Shown here: positions 63,422 to 64,000 of the stretch, in pieces
How positions within the stretch are numbered: the stretch's first letter is position 1
Layout: each line of letters starts with the position of its first letter
IMG/VR virus record: IMGVR_UViG_3300025141_000025
Coordinates: 64,001-128,000 of that record
Reading direction: 5' to 3' (one strand)
Source: a virus
DNA length: 64,000 nucleotides
The notes under the pieces: model-generated
Databases searched by the model: none
The model's input: the letters and a program-made list of their open reading frames with translations, nothing else
Told to the model about the DNA's origin: nothing
Position numbers and translations under genes: made by a program

Positions 63422-64000
63422 AGGGAAAGTGGGTTACGAGGGCACATCTTTTTTTTCTTTATTTTGTGTACAAACGTCTAAGAAAGGGCCAAACCCCGTT
63501 ACCCCCTGTCACCGTCCCTGAGGACAGGTCAGCAGCTTCGTCCGGGTCCGAGCTCACCTGGGAAAGTGGGAAAGTGTGATCACATGTTACCCGTTTTTCC
63601 GTTTTACCGTTACCAGGGTGGGCAGGGCCGGGATCAGCTTCTCCCTGAGGAGTGTTGTCACCAGTGTGCGCTCTTCCCCTACTATCAGGTATCTCTCTCC
63701 CCTGTTCTCCCCTCTCTCCCTTTTCTGTTTTTACTACTTTATGATGTAGCGCCCGAGAGTTCCAATGGACATTTTGTCATTAGCGGGAGACAATAGTAAT
63801 CATACGCAGGCCTCTAGAACCATTCACACGTACATCCAGAGGGCCACGTGTTCTACTTGATTACGAACTATGATGAGGACTGTTTACTGGAACAAAAGAT
63901 CGACCAGGGATGCCCGTGCTCTTCATACAATTTTTCTTTGTGCGATCGAAGTTAGCATACCCATACAATCTTGATTTCGAACCCATACGGGAACTGCCGA

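Noticed and set aside
55943-63796. Many overlapping alternative ORFs in the GC-rich region (e.g. 58330-58749, 59182-59607, 61750-62238, 62413-63048)
   Set aside because: They overlap well-supported minus-strand genes, promoters and terminators, and are expected by chance at higher GC.
1-64000. Stop-codon reassignment
   Set aside because: Recognisable genes are full length under the standard code, and TAA, TAG and TGA all serve as terminal stops.
1-64000. tRNA/rRNA genes
   Set aside because: No T-loop/cloverleaf or rRNA signature recognised in intergenic gaps by eye; tRNAscan would be needed to exclude them.

Overview
The window looks like part of a large (jumbo-type) tailed dsDNA phage genome rather than a cellular chromosome. 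Evidence: nearly all genes lie on the minus strand, tightly packed with ATGA/TAATG overlaps; there are fibre proteins, PhoH, ClpP and a DinG helicase; no rRNA or tRNA is recognisable. Left to right: (1) 1-15.4 kb, an AT-rich sugar/glycan gene cluster (carbamoyltransferase, split HldE/RfaE heptose kinase and adenylyltransferase, GDP-sugar dehydratase, GT9/GT4/GT2 glycosyltransferases). (2) 15.6-24.1 kb, three Gly/Ser-rich fibre-like proteins built from a shared repeat. (3) 24-37 kb, PIN-PhoH, a stand-alone sigma-70 region 4 mini-gene, an Hc1 histone-like protein, a degenerate GroEL-like protein, a YeaH-SpoVR(YcgB)-PrkA(YeaG) module, a DinG helicase and two proteases. (4) 37-55 kb, whose core (42.8-55.2 kb) is an array of about 25 otherwise unrelated proteins all starting with the leader MKITKRQLRRIIKEE...(L/I/V/M)xE. 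Interspersed are lipoproteins, myxobacterial-type CglF-like and Cys-repeat/vWA proteins, and an unannotated 36-aa peptide with 10 Cys. (5) 55.8-64 kb, a GC-richer early-type region (RadA-like, MoxR AAA, vWA metallopeptidase) with seven near-identical sigma-70-type promoters. The best candidate for an undescribed system is the leader array. I interpret it as a capsid-targeting, protease-cleaved tag on a hypervariable set of virion-packaged cargo proteins. All family calls come from motif recognition by eye, not database searches.
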